The position numbers and the translations under genes were made by a program. Below, piece after piece: positions 1 through 10,615 of a stretch of DNA of 47,148 bases. The stretch lies in the NCBI RefSeq assembly GCF_001194135.2, contig NC_068987.1, forward strand, positions 37,654,037 to 37,701,184. The letters run 5' to 3'. Numbering within the stretch: position 1 is the first letter of the stretch; each line of letters begins with the position of its first letter. The DNA comes from Octopus bimaculoides. Lineage: Eukaryota. Below the pieces are notes generated by a model that made no database searches, was not told where the DNA came from, and saw nothing but the letters and a program-made list of their open reading frames with translations.

Positions 1-153
1 TATATATATATATACACTATATGATTGTACATTTGGAGAAAAAAGAGAGGATGCAAGACACAATAGGAGAGGAACATGAAGGGACGGAGAAAAGTAAAAT
101 ATAAAAAGCCTTTAGGGTCTTGCCTCACACAAGGCATATAAAATTAGTAACAA

Positions 154-374
154 TAATAAATTATTTCTAATTTTGGCATAAGGTCAGCAATGTTGGGAGA
201 AGATGGAATCGAATTCATTCACCAAGTGCTCAAGAAGTTAACATTTAATCAATCCCGAAACGATGAAAGGCAAAGCCAACCTCAGCAGCATTTGAATTGA
301 AGATGGAAAGAACTAGAAGGAATGCTGCTAAGCATTTTGTCCGGTGTGGTAACGATTCCACCAGTGCGCCGCCT
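154..374 (-). mobile_element. tRNA-derived SINE, family B (diverged copy)
   Basis: Alignable by eye to 9131-9348 and 39211-39424 (GATGAAAGGCAAAG, ATTTGAA, GCTAAGCATTTT blocks); AAT tail side at 151-160. Confidence 0.75.
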
Positions 375-400
375 CACTACTACTACTACTACTACTACTT

Positions 401-494
<94 letters not shown>

Positions 495-516
495 TGATGA
501 TGATGATAATGATAAT
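375..516. repeat. Compound trinucleotide microsatellite (TAC)n-(AAT)n-(GAT)n
   Basis: Direct reading; explains the poly-T/N/D ORF 322-561. Confidence 0.97.
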
Positions 517-517
517 A

Positions 518-1053
518 AATGTCCTGATGCAGTACCAGACAGTGGCTCTCCAGGCTTCTGATCTTAACTGATTGGAAGTGTTATCATGTACATTGTTTTG
601 TCTTAGTATAAAAGATGGGTTACAGCAAATATTCTGCTCAATACCACAGATTTGCTTGTCAGTTGTTTAACCTTAACCACTTGAGCATGTCCCTTAGTGG
701 CTGATGATATGTGCATCTCTGATCACGAGCAGATGTAGTGGGGGAGCATCACAGCCATGTGTTGAGAGGAATTCTTTGGGGTCTGGATAACTCACCTTTA
801 GAAACATGGGTGTTTCGTTCAACATCTTTAAACAACCCTTATTCAAGGACCTTTTGAGCGGGACGGGCTACTCACCTGAAGAAAATTCTAACTACAAGGT
901 CATGCGCTGGTTATCTTGATATGAGATCACCATGTCGCGCACATAGGTTGTGAGGCATTTGCCTGGTGTACCTTTATCAGACGGGTAGTCATGATGGGTA
1001 TATCGGGCTTTGTATATTTTACGCAGTGTCACTGTGATGGCATGCATTGCTCT
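518..1053. mobile_element. Non-coding interspersed repeat flanked by (AAT)n on both sides; candidate non-autonomous TAA-targeted element
   Basis: About 535 bp of complex sequence with no credible ORF or A/B box, bounded by AAT repeats (to 516; 1054-1071); recalled as a common octopus repeat, not verified. Confidence 0.5.
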
Positions 1054-1071
1054 AATAATAATAATAATAAT

Positions 1072-2092
1072 TGAATTATAAAATGGCAAAAGAGAGAAAT
1101 GAAATAAATGGATACCAAAACCAGAAAAATGTTGACAGTACACGGAGCCTTCCACCCTAAGACTAACGCCGATAGGCTGTACTTGTGCAGAAGAAAGGGT
1201 GGGAGAGGTTTGATCAGTTGCCAAGACTGTATTGAAGCAGAGGAAAACAGCTTAGAGTAGTATGTAAAAAAAAAGCCGTGGAGTCATTCTTGAAACACAT
1301 GAGGAAGGCTGGTGTCATCAAAACTGACAATTGCGTAACTAAAGAAAAATTTAAACAAGAAATGAACAAAAATAAACAAGCATGGAAAGAAAAGAAAATG
1401 TACGGCCAGTTTGCAAGAGGCGTGTACGCCAAATCAAATAAGAGGACTGGTAGCTGTGGATGAGGAGGAATTACCTGAAGATAGAGACAGAAGCACTCAT
1501 TTGCGCAACTCAGGAACAAACGATAAGGACCAATTATATGAAGTGCAGAATTGAAAATACTATCGATAGCGACAAACGCAGAATGTGTGGTGTGAGGAGT
1601 GAAACGGTAGAGCACATCGTTTACGAATGCCCGAAATTGGCACAGCGCAAATATATACGACGCCATGACAATGTGGCAAGAATGATCCATTGTGAAATCT
1701 GTGGAAACCATGGCCTACAAAGAGCAAAGACGTGGTATGAGCAAACCCCAGAAGGAGACGTCGAAAATGAGAATTGTAAAATACTTTAGGATGTAATGAT
1801 CCAGTGCGATCACCTAACCAGACATAGGAAACCAGACATTGCTGCGGTGAATAAAAAAGAAAGTACATGGATGATAATCGACATTGCATACCCAGGTATA
1901 TCAGCACTCAACTATCAACATGGCTGAAAGAGATCGGTGCAAGTGTGAAGGTAGAACATCTACAAAAATCAGCATTGCTTGGAACTGCAAGAATTCTTCG
2001 CAGGGTTCTTGAAGCATGACCTTAGTCTGCTGGCAGTGGACAGCTGACACTTTTCATCATACTCAGCAAAATAAGCTGTGAGATTTCATATG
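1072..2092 (+). mobile_element. 5'-truncated R4/Dong-clade non-LTR retrotransposon remnant (RT C-terminus, CCHC knuckle, restriction-like endonuclease)
   Basis: Broken frames give RKMLTVHGAFHPKTNADRLYLCRRKGGRGL, ETEALICATQEQ, RMCG..ETVEHIVYECPKLAQRKYIRRHDNVA, RKPDI..DIAYPG and the terminal LQKSALLGTARILRRVLEA* (stop 2017-2019); short 3' UTR then (TAA)n. Confidence 0.88.
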
Positions 2093-2158
<66 letters not shown>

Positions 2159-2159
<1 letters not shown>

Positions 2160-2446
2160 AACGGGGAAACTTTAAAAATTCAAAGATCTGGTTATAGATG
2201 TAATGATAGGAGGCGCATTAGGTATGATAAAAAAAATTTAGACAAGTGCATAACCAAATCACCAGGATTTACAAGTCTATCATAACCCACAGAAAATCGC
2301 TCTACTATGTACCGCCCATATCCCACGTAAAGCATTTTGAATGCAGTGAAAATAAGAACACCACCACAAACCACAGCACATAACCCAGGCAAACAGAGTT
2401 GCGTTCGGTAGTACAGTTAAAGCGCGTGATGAAAATAAGACTACTG
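2159..2446 (+). mobile_element. Second, distinct R4/Dong-like 3' end fragment
   Basis: Frame-broken KFKDL..GALGMIKKNLDKCITKSPG..QKIALLCTAHIPRKA, matching the GALG...QK.ALLGTA.ILR C-terminus; bounded by (TAA)n 2093-2158 and 2447-2503. Confidence 0.75.
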
Positions 2447-2458
2447 AATAATAACAAC

Positions 2459-2503
<45 letters not shown>

Positions 2504-2904
2504 CACTCAATCATAATAATAATTTCTTTATTAACCTCGAAGGTTTAGATTAAGAAAAACATGGACAGTATACGACAAAACAAAGAATGTGAGTGTGTAT
2601 GTGTTTGAGTGTGTATTGTTATGGGGGTTTTGTGTGTAAACAAGACCAACAAAATTTTTAAAAATCAATAATGTTCGATCCTCAATAGAGAGTAATAATA
2701 ATAACATCTACACCAACCAACATTCCTACCATCATAATTTCCACCCACACAAAATGGTTAAACGCTATATATTATCCCCATGTCTTAACTCTCCATATTG
2801 AGCCTGAAAATCCCCCTTTCCCTTCTATCCATGAAAGCTCTCCATACTTTGAGGTCATATTTAGACACACACACATATAGGCAAATCAAGATCGAAAATA
2901 GGGA

Positions 2905-3110
2905 AAGCAATAAAAGTTAAAAGGACGCGCACGGTAAATGTATTAGATTGAAGCTCAGAGAAAGTTTATGATGGAAAGAAGAGGGTGTGAGCTTTTCGAG
3001 CATGGCTCTTCGTCAGAAACAAAAAGGAGGGAAAAGTCTAGAGAGAAGGAAAGGACCAGTCCGAGAAAAGCACGTGTCTCTTTACATCATGGAAAAATAA
3101 GTGACAAGAA
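2905..3110 (-). mobile_element. Interspersed repeat carrying a hammerhead-like motif (probable PLE terminal-repeat family); homologous to 36140-36290
   Basis: Reverse complement aligns with 36140-36290 (TCCTTCT..GACTTTTCC..core..GAGC.TCAA.CTAATA..GTGC.C.TCCT). Confidence 0.6.
2985..3020 (-). ncRNA. Degenerate minimal hammerhead ribozyme motif
   Basis: Minus strand GTTT-CTGACGA-A-GAGC-CAT-GCTC-GAAA-AGCT-C-ACAC: intact core and perfect 4-bp stem II; stem I and stem III imperfect. Confidence 0.55.
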
Positions 3111-3972
3111 ATGGAGAGAGATAAAGTGGATTTTGAAAGCAGGAGTGTACGAAAAAAGTACACACACACATAGGGAGACTATGGAGACAGATTGTCCTAT
3201 TATTGAATTTATATATATANNNNNNNNNNNNNNNNNNNNNNNNNNNNNNNNNNNNNNNNNNNNNNNNNNNNNNNNNNNNNNNNNNNNNNNNNNNNNNNNN
3301 NNNNNNNNNNNNNNNNNNNNNNNNNNNNNNNNNNNNNNNNNNNNNNNNNNNNNNNNNNNNNNNNNNNNNNNNNNNNNNNNNNNNNNNNNNNNNNNNNNNN
3401 NNNNNNNNNNNNNNNNNNNNNNNNNNNNNNNNNNNNNNNNNNNNNNNNNNNNNNNNNNNNNNNNNNNNNNNNNNNNNNNNNNNNNNNNNNNNNNNNNNNN
3501 NNNNNNNNNNNNNNNNNNNNNNNNNNNNNNNNNNNNNNNNNNNNNNNNNNNNNNNNNNNNNNNNNNNNNNNNNNNNNNNNNNNNNNNNNNNNNNNNNNNN
3601 NNNNNNNNNNNNNNNNNNNNNNNNNNNNNNNNNNNNNNNNNNNNNNNNNNNNNNNNNNNNNNNNNNNNNNNNNNNNNNNNNNNNNNNNNNNNNNNNNNNN
3701 NNNNNNNNNNNNNNNNNNNNNNNNNNNNNNNNNNNNNNNNNNNNNNNNNNNNNNNNNNNNNNNNNNNNNNNNNNNNNNNNNNNNNNNNNNNNNNNNNNNN
3801 NNNNNNNNNNNNNNNNNNNNNNNNNNNNNNNNNNNNNNNNNNNNNNNNNNNNNNNNNNNNNNNNNNNNNNNNNNNNNNNNNNNNNNNNNNNNNNNNNNNN
3901 NNNNNNNNNNNNNNNNNNNNNNNNNNNNNNNNNNNNNNNNNNNNNNNNNNNNNNNNNNNNNNNNNNNNNNNN

Positions 3973-4003
<31 letters not shown>

Positions 4004-4159
4004 AATACTCACATATAGTAAGCAAAAGAATAAAGATTGCCGTGCTCTATTACATTATTAATTGGTGATGATCGTTTCATTAGATAAAAGCATTATTTTT
4101 ATATATCAATCTACATGATAGGTTATACATTCAAATATTACATAAACCCTTAAGATATT

Positions 4160-4911
4160 AACTGAAAGTTCAACTAAGCCTTTCTTCAGACTAAGTTACA
4201 AAGGTAACACTGAACTAGATACTTATTTTCATCGCAAAAATTAGTTTATTAAATATGATAATGGGGGAAGGGTATGGAAGATAAGGAAATAAATTACAAA
4301 TAACGGATTGTTGCGTTATCAGAAATTCACTCGTGTAGGGAGACTATGGAGACAGATTGTCTTATTTGTTCCTCAGCGTTAAACAACTGGAGCCACAAAC
4401 AATGACAGGACAAGAACAACAAATTTATTGTATACATACTGAAAAGAGATAAGTTAGGAGTACAACCAAAAAGGCTCAAATATATATTTTTAGAATAATG
4501 CCTTTAGTAGGATAATAAAAAGTATAGAGATAAAATACCAAGATGCAAATAAAACTTGAAAATTAAAGATAAGGACAATGTGCTAAAATAAAAGCACAGG
4601 ATATAGTAAACAAAGAAATGAATGAAGATGATGGTATTATATTTTATTTTAATCAGTGATGATTGTTTCAATATTCCGTAGAATTTCTTTTACATCAAAC
4701 AGCATGATGGTTCAAACATCTAAATTATGTAAATCTAAACGATATTAAATGAAAGTTCTATTTAGATAATTTCTTCAGACTAAGTTACAAAACTAACACC
4801 AAATAAGATACTAGTTTCCATAACAGAAATTAGTCGATAAAACATAAGGAAGGAAAAGTATAGAAGACAAAATAATAAATTATAAGAGATCGATATGATT
4901 GTCGTCATAGA
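4160..4911. repeat. Diverged ~160-bp direct repeat pair (4160-4322 and 4748-4911)
   Basis: Both copies contain TGAAAGTTC..TTTCTTCAGACTAAGTTACAAA..TAACAC..AGATACT..AAATTAGT..GTAT.GAAGA..AATAAATTA. Confidence 0.75.
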
Positions 4912-5827
4912 TGCTTAGATGACAGACAACTGAACTAAATAACTTGATTAGTTGAGTGAGACTTTATTAAAGCGAAATGTCTCTAGACATGGAGGGCATT
5001 GTATAGAGTCGCCAGTGAGAAAACTACAGTCAATACGAAGAATAAGGACGTTGTCCTTAACAGTATTTAATTCATTTTAGTTAATCGAAATTTTTAAACA
5101 TGTATAGAATTTATGGGAACAACGAATCAATTACTGAGTTTGTTAATTAGATTGGTCTTACATCTAAGGATTTCTAGCACCTCTGTAAAATATAAATTGC
5201 AGCTCTGCCATTCCCTCTGTATGGAAACGCAGTACGTACAATAGACCATGATATACAATAACTAATATTCTTCATTTTGAGATCCCAACTAAATTTAGCT
5301 AACGATGTTCTAAATGCTTTAAGGAACGTACATGAATATGTATCTAAATATGTATTAGGATGCAGTAGCACTTATATAGTAATGTACTTTATTGCTGGTA
5401 TCGTTACTAAACATTTATATAGTCACTGATGGTATTAGAGATATTACCTAAAGAGTCATTATTTATGGTATTAAGGGATGCAGTTGTCGAGGTATTGTCT
5501 ATATTAATTGAGATTCTATATTCGAAGTTGACATAGGGGTGCCATTGCTACCTGAATAGTTAAAAGCACAATCCCAATTACAAATCCGGTTTAATTTCGT
5601 ATTATTAATTACTGATATACTATCGATAGATTTGGGGTGGGAAGAGCACAAATTTCACTTTATGTCATTTTCAAATTTTACTATATTTATTAGAAAGGTG
5701 GGGGACTCTTTCTCTCAGGCCCTGTAAGAAAAATTGTGATGTTTACGAGGCTACACGAATTCTGAAAAGAGAAATCGACTGCGTAATATTTGTTTTGGGT
5801 ACACCTATTTCCATCTGTTTTGTTATG

Positions 5828-5882
<55 letters not shown>

Positions 5883-6293
5883 NNNNNNNNNNNNNNNNNN
5901 NNNNNNNNNNNNNNNNNNNNNNNNNNNNNNNNNNNNNNNNNNNNNNNNNNNNNNNNNNNNNNNNNNNNNNNNNNNNNNNNNNNNNNNNNNNNNNNNNNNN
6001 NNNNNNNNNNNNNNNNNNNNNNNNNNNNNNNNNNNNNNNNNNNNNNNNNNNNNNNNNNNNNNNNNNNNNNNNNNNNNNNNNNNNNNNNNNNNNNNNNNNN
6101 NNNNNNNNNNNNNNNNNNNNNNNNNNNNNNNNNNNNNNNNNNNNNNNNNNNNNNNNNNNNNNNNNNNNNNNNNNNNNNNNNNNNNNNNNNNNNNNNNNNN
6201 NNNNNNNNNNNNNNNNNNNNNNNNNNNNNNNNNNNNNNNNNNNNNNNNNNNNNNNNNNNNNNNNNNNNNNNNATATATATATATATATATATA

Positions 6294-6433
6294 CAAGGTA
6301 CTACATGAGCACCTGTATCGCTAAAATTAGAAGTCAAAAATATTGTGTGCCGCAGAGTAATCCACTATTCCGTGGTTAAGAAATACTTTTGGATTCTATT
6401 TTTGGCGATGCAGATGCTCATGTAGTGCTTTTG
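6294..6433. mobile_element. 140-bp MITE, Tc1/mariner type (TA target), ~40-bp TIRs
   Basis: Left CAAGGTACTACATGAGCACCTGTATCGCTAAAATTAGAA versus reverse complement of right CAAAAGCACTACATGAGCATCTGCATCGCCAAAAATAGAA; TA at 6292-93 and 6434-35. Confidence 0.8.
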
Positions 6434-6447
6434 TATATATATTTATA

Positions 6448-6800
6448 TAGTGTGTCCTAAAAGTCACTATACACTTTCTTTTTTCTATTTCGTTTCATGT
6501 ATCATTCGTAGAGACTTGAGACCATCGGCATTTGAAACCTTAGACTTTGCAGTTTTTGTAAGTGTATCATTCCCTTGCCAATTCACGTTAGAGCAGCGTC
6601 GAAAAATTGCTGCCTGGCAAGAAGTTTTTCAGTCTCCTACTGTAGTTCATCACAAGTTTGAGAATGTTTATGGCCGTCACATTGCTCCAACGCGCAGCGC
6701 AATTTATGCTAACCTTAGCAAGTTTCTCAAAAGAGGATCCGTTCTTGACAAACCACGCAGCGGAAGGCCTGCTACCACCACCATTGATGAAAACACCTAA
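6448..6800 (+). mobile_element. 5' fragment of a Tc1/mariner-superfamily transposon (N-terminal HTH only)
   Basis: FTLEQRRKI..VHHKFENVYGRHIAPTRSAIYANLSKFLKRGSVLDKPRSGRP, with the typical GSV.D..RSGRP linker; starts after TA with TAGTGTGTCC; no DDE domain follows. Confidence 0.7.
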
Positions 6801-7439
6801 TTCCTGAAGCAGTTAAATAAGGAATCCAAAAGCAAGTACACAATATAGATATAGAGTTCATTAGAATATTTAAGATGGTCCAGTTTAATATGACGAAATA
6901 AGCGACTGCATGCGATGAAAACTCCATAGTAACAAACTGACCCAAACCAGCTTAAATATATTTACTCTACGTCACTTTCAATCACTCTTGATCAAACACA
7001 CACACACGCACGCGCGTACAAACACACGCACGCGCGCAGACACACTCACGCACACGCGCGCTCACACACACGCACGTACACACACATACACACACGCGCG
7101 CACTATTAAAACAAGATTTAAACGTGAGTTACTATAAGTTTCATACTCCGAGGGTACAGTAATCGGACGAGCTTGTTTAAAGTGCTCTGTACTATACCGC
7201 AATCTTTCCAATAACGAAGCAGTACACTATGTGTGTATGTGTTGAGAGATGCGCGTGCACGTGCGCGTGTGTATGAGAGTGAGTGTATACATATGGATAT
7301 ATAACTATATCTATCTATTTATTACACTCACTCTCTCTCTCTCTCCCTTTCTCTGTCTGTCTCTCTCTCTCCCTACATACATACATACATACATACATAC
7401 ATACATACATGCTTACATATTTGTGCTATGATTAAAGGA

Positions 7440-8080
7440 TGAGCATGTTATCAAAATTTCTGACTCGAGTCGAATAGAACAAACCACTCCAAATCCTAGT
7501 CATTGTATCCCTGTGAATGAAGTTACGACTGGCTAGCTTGTTCTAGCATAGAATCGTATAATGTATAATAATGAAGTCAAATCAAGTAAAAATATTTTGA
7601 ATGCATTTACTACGCCCGTTTCACATAGTTCCGCAACAAATATAAAGGAACTAAGACTGGAAAGATATCAACAAGTTAATCAGGAATATGCTTGCAACCA
7701 CTGAAAATTTCAGACCTAGCGTTCAATAGACAGTTAGGGATCTTAGATTTGAACATGATCTGTTCTCTTTCAGCTAAACAAAGCCTACATTTATACATAA
7801 GGTACGAATTTCTCAATTACTTTCTACCTGATTTAGTAGCTTTGCTTTTGACCTTATGTCAGAAGGAGGCTATGTGATTGGCAAAGCGATTTTAAAATTC
7901 TCCTTCACATAATCCAATATAGGTATTCTGATCTGTTGTTTTATTATTTAGGGTTGCAGTAAGTTCTGCCTCATGTATTTTGTTATGTCTTAACTGATAA
8001 GAATTTTGCGTAACAGATGTAATTCCCTTTTCATCTATTGAGCAATTATCTGAAACGTGCATATTAAATCCAATGAAAAA
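7440..8080 (-). mobile_element. Penelope-like element remnant: GIY-YIG endonuclease C-terminus plus 3' UTR
   Basis: Minus strand NTYIGLCEGEF*NRFANHIASF*HK..MYKCRLCLAEREQIM..LLNARSEIFSGCKH; multiple stops. Confidence 0.75.
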
Positions 8081-8100
8081 TGTGTTATTTGGTTTGACTG

Positions 8101-8316
8101 AAGGAGGTGAGCTAGTAGAATCTTTAGTATGCCAAACAAAACAATTAGTGGCAGTTCGTCAGTCTTAACGTTCTGAGTTCAGATGACGCCAGGTTGATTT
8201 TGCTTTTCATCCTATCGAGATCGATAAAATAGTACCAGTGAAACACTGAGTCGATGTAATCGACTGAAACATTCCCTTAAAGTTGCAGACCTTCTGTCAA
8301 AATTAGAAAGAATTAC
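8101..8316 (+). mobile_element. tRNA-derived SINE, family B
   Basis: GAGCTAGTAGAATC..ACGTTCTGAGTTCAGAT (B-box-like)..GCTTTTCATCC..GATAAAATAGTACCAG..GTCGATGTAATCGACT. Confidence 0.8.
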
Positions 8317-8454
8317 TTGGTTTGAGTTGATTATACATACATACATACATACATACATACACACATACATACATACATACGTACATACATACATATATTC
8401 AGATATGGATATACATATATGTGTATAAATACGCATATAAATATGCATGCATAT

Positions 8455-8497
<43 letters not shown>

Positions 8498-8530
8498 CGC
8501 CACCAATCACCTCGCCTTTTGCACAGGGTA

Positions 8531-8589
<59 letters not shown>

Positions 8590-8607
8590 TTACACACATA
8601 CATATAT

Positions 8608-8815
8608 ATTCTTCTATTCTTTTACATGTTTCGGTTATTTGACTGCGGCCACGCTGGAGCACCGACTTTAGTCGAGCAAATAGACCCCAGGACGTATTCT
8701 TTGTAAGCCTAGTACTTATTCTATCGGTCATTTGCCAAACCGCTAATTTACGGGGACGTAAACACACCAGCATCGGTTGTCAACCGATGTTGGGGGGACA
8801 AACACACACAAACAC

Positions 8816-8876
<61 letters not shown>

Positions 8877-9020
8877 TATACAGTTTCCGTCTACCAAATC
8901 CACTCACAAGAGTTTGATCAGCCAGAGGCTTTAGTAGAAGACACTTGTCCAAGGTACCACGCAGTGGGACTGAACTCGGAACTATGTGGTTGGTTAGCAA
9001 GCTATTTACCACACAGCCAT
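8608..9020 (-). mobile_element. tRNA-derived SINE, family A, full length with internal (CA)n
   Basis: Head GGCTGTGTGGTAA..GAGTTCAGTCCCACTGCGTGG.ACCTTGGACAAGTGTCTT; 3' module GTCCTGGGGTC..GGTGCTCCAGCGTGGCCGCAGTC; matches 41124-41512. Confidence 0.88.
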
Positions 9021-9130
9021 TCGTATGATAGTGTATGTGTACTTAGCCACGAAGGCTCTGAAATGGTCCGTCCTCGAGAAAAACGAATTTGATTTTCGAA
9101 ATCTGCTTCCAAAAGAGAAGGTTGTCAGTA

Positions 9131-9348
9131 AATAATAATCCTTTCTACTATAAGACAAAGGGCTTGAAACTTTGGAGGAGGGGGGTAGTCAATTACATCG
9201 ACCCCAGTGCGCAACTGGTACTTATTTCCCCAACCCCGAAAGGATGAAAGGCAAAGTTGACCTTGGTAGAAACTGAATTTAGAACGTGAAAACAGACGAT
9301 ATGCCGCTAAACATTTTTGTCGGCGTGCTAATGATTCTGCCAGCTCAC
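9131..9348 (-). mobile_element. tRNA-derived SINE, family B
   Basis: Well conserved: ATTACATCGACCCCAGTGC..ACTGGTACTTATT..CCCCGAAAGGATGAAAGGCAAAGTTGACC. Confidence 0.88.
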
Positions 9349-9483
9349 AATCCTGTTGTCCGTAAAAAATAATTATTATAAAAAATATAATTTGCAAAAG
9401 AAAAGAAATAACCCAACTTTTAGATCGACAAGTTTCCCACTCCCTATGTGTCGCTGTCCATCTCTGTTTCTTTTACACCTTTT

Positions 9484-9515
<32 letters not shown>

Positions 9516-10539
9516 NNNNNNNNNNNNNNNNNNNNNNNNNNNNNNNNNNNNNNNNNNNNNNNNNNNNNNNNNNNNNNNNNNNNNNNNNNNNNNNNNNNNN
9601 NNNNNNNNNNNNNNNNNNNNNNNNNNNNNNNNNNNNNNNNNNNNNNNNNNNNNNNNNNNNNNNNNNNNNNNNNNNNNNNNNNNNNNNNNNNNNNNNNNNN
9701 NNNNNNNNNNNNNNNNNNNNNNNNNNNNNNNNNNNNNNNNNNNNNNNNNNNNNNNNNNNNNNNNNNNNNNNNNNNNNNNNNNNNNNNNNNNNNNNNNNNN
9801 NNNNNNNNNNNNNNNNNNNNNNNNNNNNNNNNNNNNNNNNNNNNNNNNNNNNNNNNNNNNNNNNNNNNNNNNNNNNNNNNNNNNNNNNNNNNNNNNNNNN
9901 NNNNNNNNNNNNNNNNNNNNNNNNNNNNNNNNNNNNNNNNNNNNNNNNNNNNNNNNNNNNNNNNNNNNNNNNNNNNNNNNNNNNNNNNNNNNNNNNNNNN
10001 NNNNNNNNNNNNNNNNNNNNNNNNNNNNNNNNNNNNNNNNNNNNNNNNNNNNNNNNNNNNNNNNNNNNNNNNNNNNNNNNNNNNNNNNNNNNNNNNNNNN
10101 NNNNNNNNNNNNNNNNNNNNNNNNNNNNNNNNNNNNNNNNNNNNNNNNNNNNNNNNNNNNNNNNNNNNNNNNNNNNNNNNNNNNNNNNNNNNNNNNNNNN
10201 NNNNNNNNNNNNNNNNNNNNNNNNNNNNNNNNNNNNNNNNNNNNNNNNNNNNNNNNNNNNNNNNNNNNNNNNNNNNNNNNNNNNNNNNNNNNNNNNNNNN
10301 NNNNNNNNNNNNNNNNNNNNNNNNNNNNNNNNNNNNNNNNNNNNNNNNNNNNNNNNNNNNNNNNNNNATATCGTTCATGTTCAATGTGTGTATGTGTGCG
10401 TGTGTGTGTGTGTGCGTGTGTGTGTGTGTGTCAGTGTGCGTGTATGCATGTGTGTAAGTAATATCATTTGGTTGACAGGGTGATTTAAAAAAGCTATGCA
10501 AAAAATCATTTAATAGTCTGCTTTCCTGTTAGTAAATAT

Positions 10540-10615
<76 letters not shown>

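Noticed and set aside
695-810. CTGATGA at ~701 with GAAAC at ~801 as a hammerhead
   Set aside because: No stem II pairing between the flanks of the two core halves.
892-1907. Minus-strand ORFs of 110-165 aa
   Set aside because: Antisense shadows of the R4/Dong remnant and the adjacent repeat.
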